DNA of 64,000 nt from Collinsella aerofaciens (GTDB lineage Bacteria; Actinomycetota; Coriobacteriia; Coriobacteriales; Coriobacteriaceae): the NCBI GenBank assembly GCA_048184855.1, contig DBEYYU010000069.1, forward strand, positions 4,264 to 68,263. The letters run 5' to 3'. The position numbers and the translations under genes were made by a program. Shown here piece by piece: positions 9,416-21,337 of the stretch. Below the pieces are notes generated by a model, which was not told where the DNA came from, did not search any database, and saw nothing but the letters and a program-made list of their open reading frames with translations. Within the stretch, counting starts at the first letter, position 1, and every line of letters begins with the position of its first letter.

Positions 9416-9562
9416 GGGTATTCCTCCCTGTTGTGTCGGCTTTCCCAGGCACCCGACCTTGACCTTCAAGCCGTCGCTCGCGTACCAAAGTACGCGTCGC
9501 TCCTCTTTCAGGTCAATCTCGGGCACCTGGAAAACCCGTTCTAAATGGACTTAATGGTGAGC

Positions 9563-11902
9563 TTATTTTGCCACTTTTGGCTTAAAGGATTTTAAGCGCA
9601 GCGCATTGCTTACGACGCAGACACTCGACAGGCTCATGGCCGCGGCGCCAAACATCGGCGAGAGCTGCCATCCGGTGAGCGGGAAGAACACGCCCGCCGC
9701 CAGCGGAATGCCGATGCCGTTGTAGAACAGTGCCCAGAACAGGTCCTGCTTGATGTTGCGGATCGTGGCGCGCGAAAGCTCGATGGCGCGGGCGACGTCC
9801 ATGAGGTCGCTGCGCATGAGAACCACGTCGGCGCCCTCCTTGGCGATGTCGGCGCCGGTGCCGATAGCAAGGCCCACGTCGGCGCGCGCCAGGGCGGGGG
9901 AGTCGTTGATGCCGTCGCCTACCATGGCGACCTTGCCGCCCACATCCTGCAGCTCGCGGACGTGGCGCTCCTTGTCGGCAGGGAGGACGTCGGCGATGAC
10001 CTGTTCGCTGCTCAGCCCCACGCGGCGGGCGATGGCCTCGGCCGTCACGCGGTTGTCGCCGGTGAGCATGCGCACGTCGACGCCAAGCGAGCGCAGTGCG
10101 GCGATGGCCCCGGCGCTCGTCTCCTTGACCTCGTCCGCCACGGCGATGGTACCGACAAGCTCGCTGTTCTTGGCAAAGAACAGCGGCGTCTTGCCCTCGG
10201 CCGCGAACTGTTCGGCAAGGCCGGCGGGAACCTTCACGCCCAGCTCGTCCATCAGACGCACGTTGCCGGCGGCGATGACATTCTGCCCCTCGCGTGCCGT
10301 AACGCCTCGCCCGGGCACGGCGGTAAAGTCCTCGACCATGCGTGCGACGATTCCGCGCGCCTCGCACTCGGCCATAATCGCCTCGGCCAGCGGGTGCTCG
10401 CTTGAGCGCTCCAGCGCAGCGGCCAGCTTGAGCAACGCCTTTTCGCTCATGGCGGGCGAGCCGTCAGCGCGCGTGGCTACCGTGATATCGGTCACAGCCG
10501 GCTTGCCGCGGGTGACGGTGCCCGTCTTGTCGAGCACCACGGTGCCCACGCTGCGTAGGTTCTCCAGCGCCTCGGCGCTCTTAAACAGAATGCCCATTTC
10601 GGCGCCCTTGCCGGTGCCGACCATAATGGCGACGGGCGTGGCCAGGCCCAGCGCGCACGGGCAGCTGATCACCAGCACGGCGACGGCGGAGGTGAGCGCT
10701 TCGTTCACGCTTCCGGTCAGTGCCGTCCACACCACGAAGGTCACGGCCGAGATCATGAACACCACGGGCACGAACACGCCGGCGACCTTGTCGGCCATGC
10801 GGGCGATGGGCGCCTCGGTGGCGTTGGCGTCCTCGACGAGCTGGATAATCTTGGCGAGCGACGTGTCGGCGCCCACGCGTGTGGCACGGAAGGTAAACGA
10901 GCCGGTGCGGTTGACAGTGGCGGCGTTGACGGTGTCGCCGGCGGTCTTCTCCACGGGGATGGACTCGCCGGTCAGTGCACTTTCGTCCACGGCCGAAGCG
11001 CCCTCGAGTACCACGCCGTCGACAGGGATGGACTCGCCGGGGCGCACACGCAGCACCTGGCCGGGCAGAATGGCATCGACGTCGACGGTGGCCTCGGTGC
11101 CGTCCTCTGCCACGACGGTCGCGGTCTTGGGCGCTAGGTCGATGAGCGCCTCGATGGCGCCGCCGGTCTTGGACTTGCTGCGCGTCTCGAGGTATTTGCC
11201 TACGGTGACGAGCGACAGGATGGTGCCGGCGCTCTCAAAATACAGATTGTCCATGCCCGTCATCATGGCCTCGTGGACCTGACCCGCGGCTAGCTGGTCG
11301 GCCATGATAAACATGGCGTAGAGCGACCAGGCGATGGAGGCGGTGGCGCCCACGGCAATAAGGGCGTCCATGGTAGGCGCGCCGTGCGCGAGTGATTTAA
11401 ACCCGTTGATAAAGTACGCGTCGTTGACGTAGACGATGGGAATGAGCAGGACGAGCTCGGTGAGCGCGAGCGTCATGCTGTGGGTGTGGTCGGTGAAGAT
11501 GCCGGGCAGCGGCCAGCCGAGCATGTGCCCCATGCCTATGTAGAACAGTGGGATGAGGAATACGATCGAGACGATGAGGCGGGTGCGCATGGCAGAGGCG
11601 GCGGCCTCCAACTTTTTGGTCGGCGACTCCATATGGGCGGCGCCGGACCTGGCTTGCGCACTTCCGCTTTGGACAGCGTCGGTGCCCGTGCTGATGGGCG
11701 AGGCCGAGTAGCCCGCGCGGTCGACAGCGGTGCAGATGTCGTCGGGGGAGACCTGCGCAGGGTCGTAGTCCACCAGCATAGAGCCGGCGAGCAGATTGAC
11801 CGCGACGCTTTGGACGCCGTCGAGCTTGCTCACGGCACGGTCCACGTGCGCCTGGCAGGCGGCGCATGTCATGCCGCCCACGTCGAACTTATCTTGAGCC
11901 AT
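9563..11902 (-). CDS. copA: copper-translocating P1B-type ATPase
   Basis: It has an N-terminal HMA domain ([11 protein letters not shown]), the CPC transmembrane motif ([11 protein letters not shown]), the DKTGT phosphorylation site, and the HP and [10 protein letters not shown] motifs. Confidence 0.96.
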   Translation of the reverse strand: MAQDKFDVGGMTCAACQAHVDRAVSKLDGVQSVAVNLLAGSMLVDYDPAQVSPDDICTAVDRAGYSASPISTGTDAVQSGSAQARSGAAHMESPTKKLEAAASAMRTRLIVSIVFLIPLFYIGMGHMLGWPLPGIFTDHTHSMTLALTELVLLIPIVYVNDAYFINGFKSLAHGAPTMDALIAVGATASIAWSLYAMFIMADQLAAGQVHEAMMTGMDNLYFESAGTILSLVTVGKYLETRSKSKTGGAIEALIDLAPKTATVVAEDGTEATVDVDAILPGQVLRVRPGESIPVDGVVLEGASAVDESALTGESIPVEKTAGDTVNAATVNRTGSFTFRATRVGADTSLAKIIQLVEDANATEAPIARMADKVAGVFVPVVFMISAVTFVVWTALTGSVNEALTSAVAVLVISCPCALGLATPVAIMVGTGKGAEMGILFKSAEALENLRSVGTVVLDKTGTVTRGKPAVTDITVATRADGSPAMSEKALLKLAAALERSSEHPLAEAIMAECEARGIVARMVEDFTAVPGRGVTAREGQNVIAAGNVRLMDELGVKVPAGLAEQFAAEGKTPLFFAKNSELVGTIAVADEVKETSAGAIAALRSLGVDVRMLTGDNRVTAEAIARRVGLSSEQVIADVLPADKERHVRELQDVGGKVAMVGDGINDSPALARADVGLAIGTGADIAKEGADVVLMRSDLMDVARAIELSRATIRNIKQDLFWALFYNGIGIPLAAGVFFPLTGWQLSPMFGAAAMSLSSVCVVSNALRLKSFKPKVAK

Positions 11903-11949
11903 GGCTTCTCCTTTCTGTAGTTCGGTGTTGGAATTGTTAACCTGCCGAT

Positions 11950-11977
11950 ACTATACACCCATACCCCCTGGGGGTGT
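11950..11977 (-). promoter_or_regulatory. candidate copA promoter -10 element with an overlapping CsoR operator
   Basis: On the minus strand the sequence reads ACACCCCCAGGGGGTAT (11961-11977), followed by TATAGT (11950-11955), about 45 nt upstream of the copA ATG. It is a GC-rich pseudo-palindrome of the type bound by CsoR. Confidence 0.55.
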
Positions 11978-12006
11978 CCAGTACAGAAAGAAATGTATGA
12001 CATTTC

Positions 12007-12191
12007 GTTACAGATGAGGGTGGTTGGTTGGCCGATGGACCGTCCCAACCAATCATCTCAATCTGTAACATCTGAGGACCGTTTTGCCTGCTAGATGTTA
12101 CAGATTGAGATGTTGTCTCGCGGGGTTGGGGTTTGTCTCGTTCTGTAACATCTAGACCTGTATCTGCCGAGCTGGTGTTACAGATCGAGAC
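12007..12191. repeat. twin-hairpin repeat element, copy C (units 12055-12111 and 12135-12191), plus a solo arm GTTACAGATGAG at 12007-12018
   Basis: ATCTCAATCTGTAAC-27 nt-GTTACAGATTGAGAT, a 23-nt spacer, then GTCTCGTTCTGTAAC-27 nt-GTTACAGATCGAGAC. The extra upstream arm can pair with the first left arm through GGTTGGTTGG/CCAACCAATC. Confidence 0.9.
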
Positions 12192-12233
12192 ATTTGCCGG
12201 GAAGGGGTCCCGTCACGGCAAGACGCCCGCCGC

Positions 12234-14317
12234 CTAGATACAGAACCCGGGGATCACACAGGTTAGCTTGTTTGGCTTTTCCGCAGGCGTTGCGTACGTA
12301 AAGACGTCGCCGTCGTGCCCCACGCGGTTCATATAGAGCGTGCCTTCGCTCTCCGATGTGTCGGGGCTCACCGTGCGCTCCCACCAACAGGTGTCCTTGC
12401 CCTTCCACTGGCGGACCATCGTCTCGTTCGTGGAATACGGGCTCACCTTGAGCTCGCGGAAGAGCTGATACTCCTTGCCCTCGCCGTTGTAGATGTCTGC
12501 CAGGTAGTGATAGTCCTCGGCAAACGAATCGGGCGGTTGCGTACCGCACAGCTCGACCATGGCGGGCAGCCAAAGGGTTGCGGGCAACTCGCTCAGGCAC
12601 GATGCGCTGTTGGCGGCGCCCACATTGTTCGAGACCTTCTTGACCCCTTTAATGAGTGCGCGCAACTCGTTGGGCAGCAGCTTAAGGCCGTCGCCGTTGA
12701 GCCATTCCCGCAGCTCGCAATCTGCCCAGCCGGCGCTCGGCGGTTCAGCCGCAGCGTTGCGCTCGGCAATACCCGCGTCGAACATAAACGTCAGTCCGGC
12801 CTTGCCCGTCCCGTCCAGAAGCTCATCGTGGCGAATGCCCACAAGCTGCGCGCCAACCTGCAGCCCGTTGGTGAGCGTGACGCGCTTGGTACACGGATAG
12901 GGGATATGCCCATCGGCATCGAGCAGATGATAGCGCCTGGCAATCTCGCGTGCCTCGCTACGGGTCTCGGTGGCCTTAATCTTGAGCGAAATCTCCTGCA
13001 GCTGATCCCAAGTGTAGTCGTCAAGTGAGCTGCGGATGCCGTCCAGGTAGTCGGGGATGCCAAAGCCATGGGTTGCCGCCCCGATAACGCCGAGCCCCGC
13101 AACGGCTGCGACAACGCCACCGATAATAAAGCGGCGGCGGGTCATGGCATCGTGCCGGGCCTGCTCCAGGATCTCTCGCGCGCGCTCGCCGGCGACGTCG
13201 ACCTTAAGGTGTGTACCGGAGTCGATGTCGATTGCGGCGTCACTGCCCGCGCCTTCGCGGCCCTCGGATTCGGCATCGGTGAGGTATGCCGAGAGCACCT
13301 CGAGCATCTGCTGCTCGGTGGGACGATCGCACTGCTCGACTGAGAGACCCTTCATGATGATTTTGACGAGCGCTTCATCGCCCTCGCAGCGCGGCTCGAG
13401 CGGTGCCGGCTTGGTCTTGGTCTTTACGAGATAGAACGAGCCGGTTGCAGCGGCGTCCGTCGACTCAAAGTCAAACGGTTTGCGACCGCTGTAGAGCTGG
13501 TACAGAATGCTCGAAAGCGCATAGACGTCGATTGCCGGCGAACGGCGAAGGGCCGCGATGCCTTCGATATCCTGCGTGAGCATCTCGGGCGCGGCGTATG
13601 CGGGCGTGGCAAAGCGCCAGATGTCGGCGCGCCGGGTGATCGTGTCGTCGCCGAGAGCCATGGTCGCGGAGCCCATGTCGATGAGGCAGGGGTCAAAGGA
13701 GCAATCGGCAATCTGCTGCTCGAGCGTTCGGCTGGTGGTGCGGAACATGATATTGGCAGGCGAAAGGTCGCGATGGATGACCGGATTCACGAGGCCTTGG
13801 GTCATCAAGAGCGCACGAAGCACGGCGTTTCCGACGGCGGCGACCATCTGGGTGGTCAGCCCGCCCGAGGCGTCGTGAGGAAGCAGGGGCAGCGCCTGCT
13901 TGAGTGAGGTCCCTCGACCCACTCCATGAGGATGAGCGGGTCGTCCTCGCACGATCCGTAGCCATAGACGCGCGGAAATCCGCGCAGGTACGAGACGGTA
14001 TACAGATGACGGTACTCCTCGAACAGCGCAGCGGTGTTGGCCAGGTGCGCTGCCGATTGCTCGGCGGAGCGGTCGGGGGCTTGGCCAGAGAGAAAGGCGT
14101 TGTCCTTGAGTAGCTTGACGGCAAAGACCTCGCCGCTTGTGTTGGTCGCGCGAAGCACGTGCCCGATGATGCCGTTGTTGCGGTGGGCCGTCTGGAGAAT
14201 AAGCGTCATAAACCGACGCTTGGCGTCGTCCTCGGCACTGGGGTCGACCGCCACGGCGGTGTCGAACGTATCGAGACGGATGAGTTTGTCGCCATAGGCG
14301 CTATCGGTAGTATCCAT
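12234..14317 (-). pseudogene. receptor-type Ser/Thr protein kinase interrupted by a 1-nt frameshift (N-lobe ORF 13856-14404, C-lobe/TM/ectodomain ORF 12234-13952)
   Basis: The N-lobe ORF has FAVKLL and the hinge LILMEWVEG. The overlapping ORF continues with HRDLSPANIMF, IDMGSA and APE. These are followed by a TM helix (FIIGGVVAAVAGLGVIGAA) and a 275-aa ectodomain. The frames join if one G is added to the GGG run at 13911-13913. Confidence 0.75.
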
Positions 14318-14488
14318 GGCGTTCCTTTGTCTGGCATGGGTTGCCGCGCGTACACGTGAGCAGTGCGGATATCGGTAAAGTACCATGATAGCCGCACTGC
14401 TCACGTGTACCGCTGAGTATTGTCGTTTACGACGCAGAAGGTAGAAGACGAAAGACGGACGGCGACCGTCTTCCGATCGCTGTCCGTG

Positions 14489-15451
14489 CTAGTCCACAAT
14501 GACAAGGAATGTCGTGTAGAGACCCAGATGGAGCCTGTCGCTGTTGGCGATTTCCACGGGGGGATAGACTTTGCCGGGTTCGCGTTGGTCGCGGGGCGGC
14601 TCAATCACAATATCGCCGTCGCCCGCGCCCGATTCGAGCACTGTGCCGTTGGTCGATCCAAGGCCCTGGGCGTACCAGTGCTCACCCTCGAGCCAAATAC
14701 GAAGATGCTCGCGCGAGGCGTCGGCGCCTACATCGGTGATGCTGGGCGAGGTTTTGGGCAAAGAACCAATCACGGTGCCGCGCGGATCGCGTGTGAGGGG
14801 ATGGATTTGCATGTCGGCGCAGTTGTCGGCATGGGTTCTGAGCAGACCGAGGTTGGGAGCGACGGTGTGCGGCTGCTCCAGGCTGCTCATAAAGCCACGT
14901 CCGACGGTAGTTTCGGTGGTGCCAAAGTGCCCGCCCGTCTTGCTGTCGCAAAAGCGCTCGACGGTGGCCACGCCCTGAACGGGATCGGCGAGCGCCCCCG
15001 TTGCCACAAAGAGCATAAGGTAAAGCGTGCTTTTCTCGCGCACGGCATTGCCGTCAAAGTTGTCGATGCGATTGAGGGCATTTGCATATAGGCGGCTGTC
15101 CAGCTTGTAGCTGGCGAGAGCCGACATCATTTCGTTGGCGGCCGGACCGCGATAGTGCTCGGCGATTGCCTGATAGGCGGACTCGCCGCCGCCGAGCTTG
15201 CTGCAGATTGCCGCGGAAAGGTTGAGCGTGGTGACGGTAAAGTCGCTGTAGATGGCGGGCGCGCACTGGTCAGGCTTGCGATGGACGATGTAACGGGTGA
15301 GATACGAGCGGTTGGAAGAGCATTTCTCGAGCAGGGTACTGCCGAGATAGGAGTTTCCATTGATGAGCATTCGGGCGATCTCGAGATGTTTAAGACCGCC
15401 GAACGAGCGAATATCGTTATAGAGGACCGAGCAAGGCGTCTCTGCTGCCAC
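14489..15451 (-). CDS. FHA-domain protein with an unrecognised ~220-aa N-terminal domain
   Basis: The C-terminus (GTVIGS...SREHLRIWLEGEHWYAQGLGSTNGTVL...) is a canonical FHA pattern. It lies upstream of the kinase on the same strand. AAGGAGG lies 5 nt before the GTG at 15451. The track ORF begins at a TTG at 15481. Confidence 0.8.
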   Translation of the reverse strand: MAAETPCSVLYNDIRSFGGLKHLEIARMLINGNSYLGSTLLEKCSSNRSYLTRYIVHRKPDQCAPAIYSDFTVTTLNLSAAICSKLGGGESAYQAIAEHYRGPAANEMMSALASYKLDSRLYANALNRIDNFDGNAVREKSTLYLMLFVATGALADPVQGVATVERFCDSKTGGHFGTTETTVGRGFMSSLEQPHTVAPNLGLLRTHADNCADMQIHPLTRDPRGTVIGSLPKTSPSITDVGADASREHLRIWLEGEHWYAQGLGSTNGTVLESGAGDGDIVIEPPRDQREPGKVYPPVEIANSDRLHLGLYTTFLVIVD

Positions 15452-15630
15452 GGATACCTCCTTTGATTGCTTCCTAGCCAATATGGCGATAGGAATTAAT
15501 GGCCCCCGGTGGGCGACGTATTAAATGGTTGCGCAATATATAGCGTAACCAAAGCAACATTATAGGCCACATGTTCGAAATTGCAGGAAGACTGAGAGAT
15601 TTGGTTTGGACTGGACGGAAATCCCCCTCT

Positions 15631-15768
15631 GTCTTGATCTATAACAATTAGGGCCGATTTTACTCGTTAACTGTTACAGATTGAGACGTTTGTGAGCCGT
15701 GTCGACCGTTTGTCTCGATCTGTAACACGTAGAGGAAGATTCGCCCTGTAGATGTTACAGATTGAGAC
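15631..15768. repeat. twin-hairpin repeat element, copy D (units 15631-15687 and 15712-15768)
   Basis: GTCTTGATCTATAAC-27 nt-GTTACAGATTGAGAC, a 24-nt spacer, then GTCTCGATCTGTAAC-27 nt-GTTACAGATTGAGAC. Confidence 0.9.
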
Positions 15769-16039
15769 AATCAGCCGGGCCCACCTCGTCCGCCTCGTCA
15801 TCTGTGGTTTACGTGGGGGCATGCGAAGCACGGGTATACTAACCGGCGGCGAATCTGCTCCATCGCTTAGAGCTGCTGCGTCTGGACGGCGCGTGATAGG
15901 GCTGCCAAAGCGATCGCCAGCGTGCTGAGCAACGTCCTCTCTGTGCGCACCTGTTTTTGTATGTATTAGCGCACTACCAAGCACGCCCGCGCGGCCGCAT
16001 GCCGTGCCCATTGCGCGTGCAGATAAGGAACAACAACAT

Positions 16040-18151
<2,112 letters not shown>

Positions 18152-18185
18152 CATACACATCGCACGCTAGCGTGAGACAAGCTAA

Positions 18186-18221
18186 GGGCCCGAGCAAACA
18201 ACGCTCGGGCCCTTTTGTTTG
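18186..18221 (+). terminator. intrinsic terminator of the helicase gene
   Basis: GGGCCCGAGC-aaacaac-GCTCGGGCCC followed by TTTTGTTTG, 35 nt after the stop codon. Confidence 0.8.
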
Positions 18222-18768
18222 CCGTGTCCATCGCTAATTCAAACGTGATTATCTCGGGAATGCATCTGGGGGATGCTGAGGACCTATTTTCTGCCATGCA
18301 GCAATGGGCCCCATGGGGTGCGCCGTGCATTTTTTGGAGTATTCTGCAGTTCGAGTTGTCTGCATATGATCCGACGTCGCCAACGGTGGCCTTCGGATAT
18401 CCCTGGCGAGCGTTCTGAGTCAGATTTCGCCGTTTTCCGGAGCAGGGGCGCGTCATTCTCGCCATGTCGGGACTTAGAATGATACGGCGCCCTACAGTTT
18501 TGCCCACCCGCGGCGGTGCTGGCGTGGTTACGTTGCAGAATACTCCGTTTTTTGCACGGGCTAGGATGGGGTACCTCAGGAGAACACAGCGGTATCCCGT
18601 AAAGATATACAATTTGTACCGTAATTTATACAAAACGAAGAGGCAGACAGCGTAGGGTGGGTGCATTGGGGTGCTTGGTGCATTAAAACGGGGACCCCAC
18701 GTGCCGTATACTCTGGCTGGATGTGAAAGCGGCTTGACGCGTTGCCAGGCGTAGGGGAGGGTGCCTCG

Positions 18769-19530
18769 ATGAGCGTATTCGAAATTGTGTTTAGTCCGAC
18801 GGGTGGAACGCAGAAGGTGTCAGGCCTTGTGGCCGGAGCACTGGGCAAGAATACCGTTACCGTCGATCTGACCGATAGCGGGTTGGATTTCAACGCTGTC
18901 TCGATGACTGAGGACGACGTGGCCGTAATCTCTGTGCCGGCGTATGCCGGTAGAATCCCGGCTGTGGTGGCTGACCGGTTGGGCATGGTGCGCGGCAACG
19001 GGGCTCGGGCTGTTTTGGTTTGTGTATACGGAAACCGCGCGTTTGAGGACACGCTCGTAGAGCTGGAGGACGTTGCGAAGCATGCGGGATTCCGGGTGAT
19101 CGCGGCAGTTGCAGCCATTGCAGAACATTCCATTGCGCGACAGTTTGCTGCCGGTCGTCCGGATGCGCAGGATGCGGCGCAGCTTGCTGAGTTTGCTCAG
19201 CAAATTCAGCAAAAGCTGTTGGCTGAGGATACGTCCGAGCCCTCTATCCCCGGCAATCGTCCTTATAAACAAGCTGGAGGTCACCGCATGGCACCCGAGG
19301 CAACAGAGGATTGCGTTTCCTGCGGTGCATGCGCCGCGGCGTGCCCCGTTTGTGCTATCGACAAGGGTGACCCCAAACGAGCAGCTGGCGAGGCGTGCAT
19401 CTCCTGCATGCGCTGCATTGCCGTATGTCCGCGAGGTGCTCGTAAGGTTGATCCCAACAAGCTATCCGCTGTTTCCCAGATGCTGAGCAAGGTTTGCGTC
19501 GTGCGGAAGGAATGCGAGCTCTTTATCTAG
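18769..19530 (+). CDS. flavodoxin-like domain fused to a 2x[4Fe-4S] ferredoxin domain
   Basis: The N-terminus (VFSPTGGTQKV...ISVPAYAGRIP) is flavodoxin-like. The C-terminus has CVSCGACAAACP and CISCMRCIAVCP. GGGGAGGG lies upstream of the ATG at 18769. Confidence 0.75.
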   Translation: MSVFEIVFSPTGGTQKVSGLVAGALGKNTVTVDLTDSGLDFNAVSMTEDDVAVISVPAYAGRIPAVVADRLGMVRGNGARAVLVCVYGNRAFEDTLVELEDVAKHAGFRVIAAVAAIAEHSIARQFAAGRPDAQDAAQLAEFAQQIQQKLLAEDTSEPSIPGNRPYKQAGGHRMAPEATEDCVSCGACAAACPVCAIDKGDPKRAAGEACISCMRCIAVCPRGARKVDPNKLSAVSQMLSKVCVVRKECELFI

Positions 19531-19542
19531 CGCATACGAAAT

Positions 19543-19607
19543 TGGTGCAATGGGACCAGGTTAATCTGCACCAACCTGGTGCAAACAAACCTGACCCCAT
19601 TGCACCA
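19543..19607. repeat. inverted repeat with a 27-nt loop (family 2, copy 2)
   Basis: TGGTGCAATGGGACCAGGT-27 nt-ACCTGACCCCATTGCACCA. The loop TAATCTGCACCAACCTGGTGCAAACAA is nearly identical to the loop at 8705-8731. It lies 13 nt downstream of the stop at 19530. Confidence 0.8.
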
Positions 19608-19852
19608 GAGCAAGGAGTGTCCCTGGGTGCCGGCAGAAATGGAGTGTCCCCAAGTGCCGCCTAAATACCGTTCATCGGTCATAATGGTTGCTCCGGCTTT
19701 GGACTTGTCTACAATAGCTTCCGTCAAAAGAAATGCGGAAGGTTACCGAGTCCCTCGGACGTGGGCCTAACCAAAGTCTTTGAACGGGTGTGTCTCTATG
19801 GATGCATTCGCTTGATTTTGGTTGGGCTATATTTATGAAGGGACATGCCACC

Positions 19853-20365
19853 ATGGGTTTCTTTTCTCGCCTGATGGGCGGTTCGGATGAGCAGAAGACT
19901 GCAACTTCCGAGTTCGAAATCCTCGCTCCCGTTTCCGGCGAGCTTGTTCATCTAGAAAATACCAATGACCCCGCTTTTAGCAGCCGTGCCGTGGGCGATG
20001 GCGTTGCCGTGGTTCCCCAAGAGGGAACGGTGTGCGCTCCTGTTTCCGGCACCGTCGCGGCGCTGTTTCCGACTGAGCACGCGCTGGGCATCATGTCCGA
20101 CGACAGTTCTGCTCAGGTGATGCTGCACATCGGAATCGACACTGTTAAACTTGAGGGCAAGGGCTTCCATGCGCTTGTTGCCCAGGGTGATCACGTTGAC
20201 GCGGGCCAGCCCCTCGTCGAGGTCGATTTCGACGTGGTCCGCGCCGCCGGCTTCGATCCCACGGTCTTCGTTATCGTGTGCGAGCGCTCGGAGAACTCGA
20301 CTCTTCGTGAGCATGCTTCCGGCCCTGTTGCTGTTAAAGAGCCTGTCGTCTGGCTTTCCGAGTAA
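19853..20365 (+). CDS. PTS glucose-family EIIA component
   Basis: DPAFSSRAVGDGVAV, a HIGIDTV histidine region and GKGF are typical of EIIA-Glc. The alternative start is 19835. Confidence 0.87.
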   Translation: MGFFSRLMGGSDEQKTATSEFEILAPVSGELVHLENTNDPAFSSRAVGDGVAVVPQEGTVCAPVSGTVAALFPTEHALGIMSDDSSAQVMLHIGIDTVKLEGKGFHALVAQGDHVDAGQPLVEVDFDVVRAAGFDPTVFVIVCERSENSTLREHASGPVAVKEPVVWLSE

Positions 20366-20371
20366 ATTCTT

Positions 20372-21238
20372 GTGGTGGGTACCGTGGTTATCAAGCGAGT
20401 TTTTAACAACAACGTCGCAATGGTCACTTCGGACGATGGCTCCGAGCTCATCGTCATCGGTCGAGGCCTCTGCTTTGGCCGTCATGCCGGCGATGCCATC
20501 GACGAGGCGTCGATCGAAAAGACCTACGCGTTGCAGGAGGGAACTTCTCAGGATTCGCGTACGATTGACCGCTTGGCACATCTTTTGGAGTCCATCCCCA
20601 CCGTCAACCTCGTGATTGCCGAGGACATTGTTCAGATGCTCCGTCGAAAGCTCAATGTCGACATCAACGATAAGATCCTCATCGCTCTCGCAGACCATAT
20701 CAGCCTTGCTTTGGAGCGTGAGCGCAAGGGAGTCTCCTGCGAGAATCCGTTGCTGCTCGAGATCCAGCAGTTCTATCGCAAGGAGTATGCACTTGCGGGC
20801 CGTGCGCTGCAGATTATCAAGGAGTATATGGGCATTCAGATGAGCGAAGAAGAGCAGGGTTTCATTACGCTGCATATCGTCAACGCCACCATGCCGCAAC
20901 GCTCCGATCGTTTGATTGTTTCGGTCCAGCTTGTTCGCGACGTGCTCGCGATTGTTTCCAAGCGCTATGCTACGACCCTCGATGACACCTCGCTGCCTTA
21001 CGAACGTTTCGTTCGTCACCTGCAGTTTTTCGCACAGCGAGCGCTCGATCCTACGGCCGGGCAAATCAATGGTGACGCGCTGTTCCGAATCGATGAAACG
21101 GCGTATCCGTGCGCATTCTCGTGCGCGGATGCCATAGCCGCCCACTTGTCGTCTACCTATAACGTTGTCGTTACCGATGCCGAGAAGAGTTATCTCGCAT
21201 ATCACATTGTTAACCTGCTTGGAGAACCTGGTCTCTAG
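20372..21238 (+). CDS. BglG/LicT-family PRD-containing transcription antiterminator
   Basis: It has an N-terminal CAT RNA-binding domain (IKRVFNNNVAMV...VIGRGLCFG) followed by two PRD-like regions. It lies between the EIIA and EIICB genes. Confidence 0.87.
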   Translation: MVGTVVIKRVFNNNVAMVTSDDGSELIVIGRGLCFGRHAGDAIDEASIEKTYALQEGTSQDSRTIDRLAHLLESIPTVNLVIAEDIVQMLRRKLNVDINDKILIALADHISLALERERKGVSCENPLLLEIQQFYRKEYALAGRALQIIKEYMGIQMSEEEQGFITLHIVNATMPQRSDRLIVSVQLVRDVLAIVSKRYATTLDDTSLPYERFVRHLQFFAQRALDPTAGQINGDALFRIDETAYPCAFSCADAIAAHLSSTYNVVVTDAEKSYLAYHIVNLLGEPGL

Positions 21239-21337
21239 GCATAACGTGCCCACACATCGATTGGTATAAGGCAAGGCTTACGGTCTTGCCCAGGGCACAT
21301 CTGTCTTAATTTGCGGAAAAGGAAGGGGAGTACCGCT

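Noticed and set aside
5176-15768. The possibility that the short repeats separated by 27-nt and 23-24-nt unique segments form a small CRISPR array
   Set aside because: The repeats alternate in orientation, as inverted pairs that form hairpins. They are only 15 nt long, occur only four per locus, and no cas genes are present.
5176-15768. Calling the region a chromosomal integron or CALIN
   Set aside because: No intI-type tyrosine recombinase, attI or Pc promoter is visible. The AAC/GTT triplets face the loop instead of the element ends. I kept this only as a hypothesis to test, not as an annotation.
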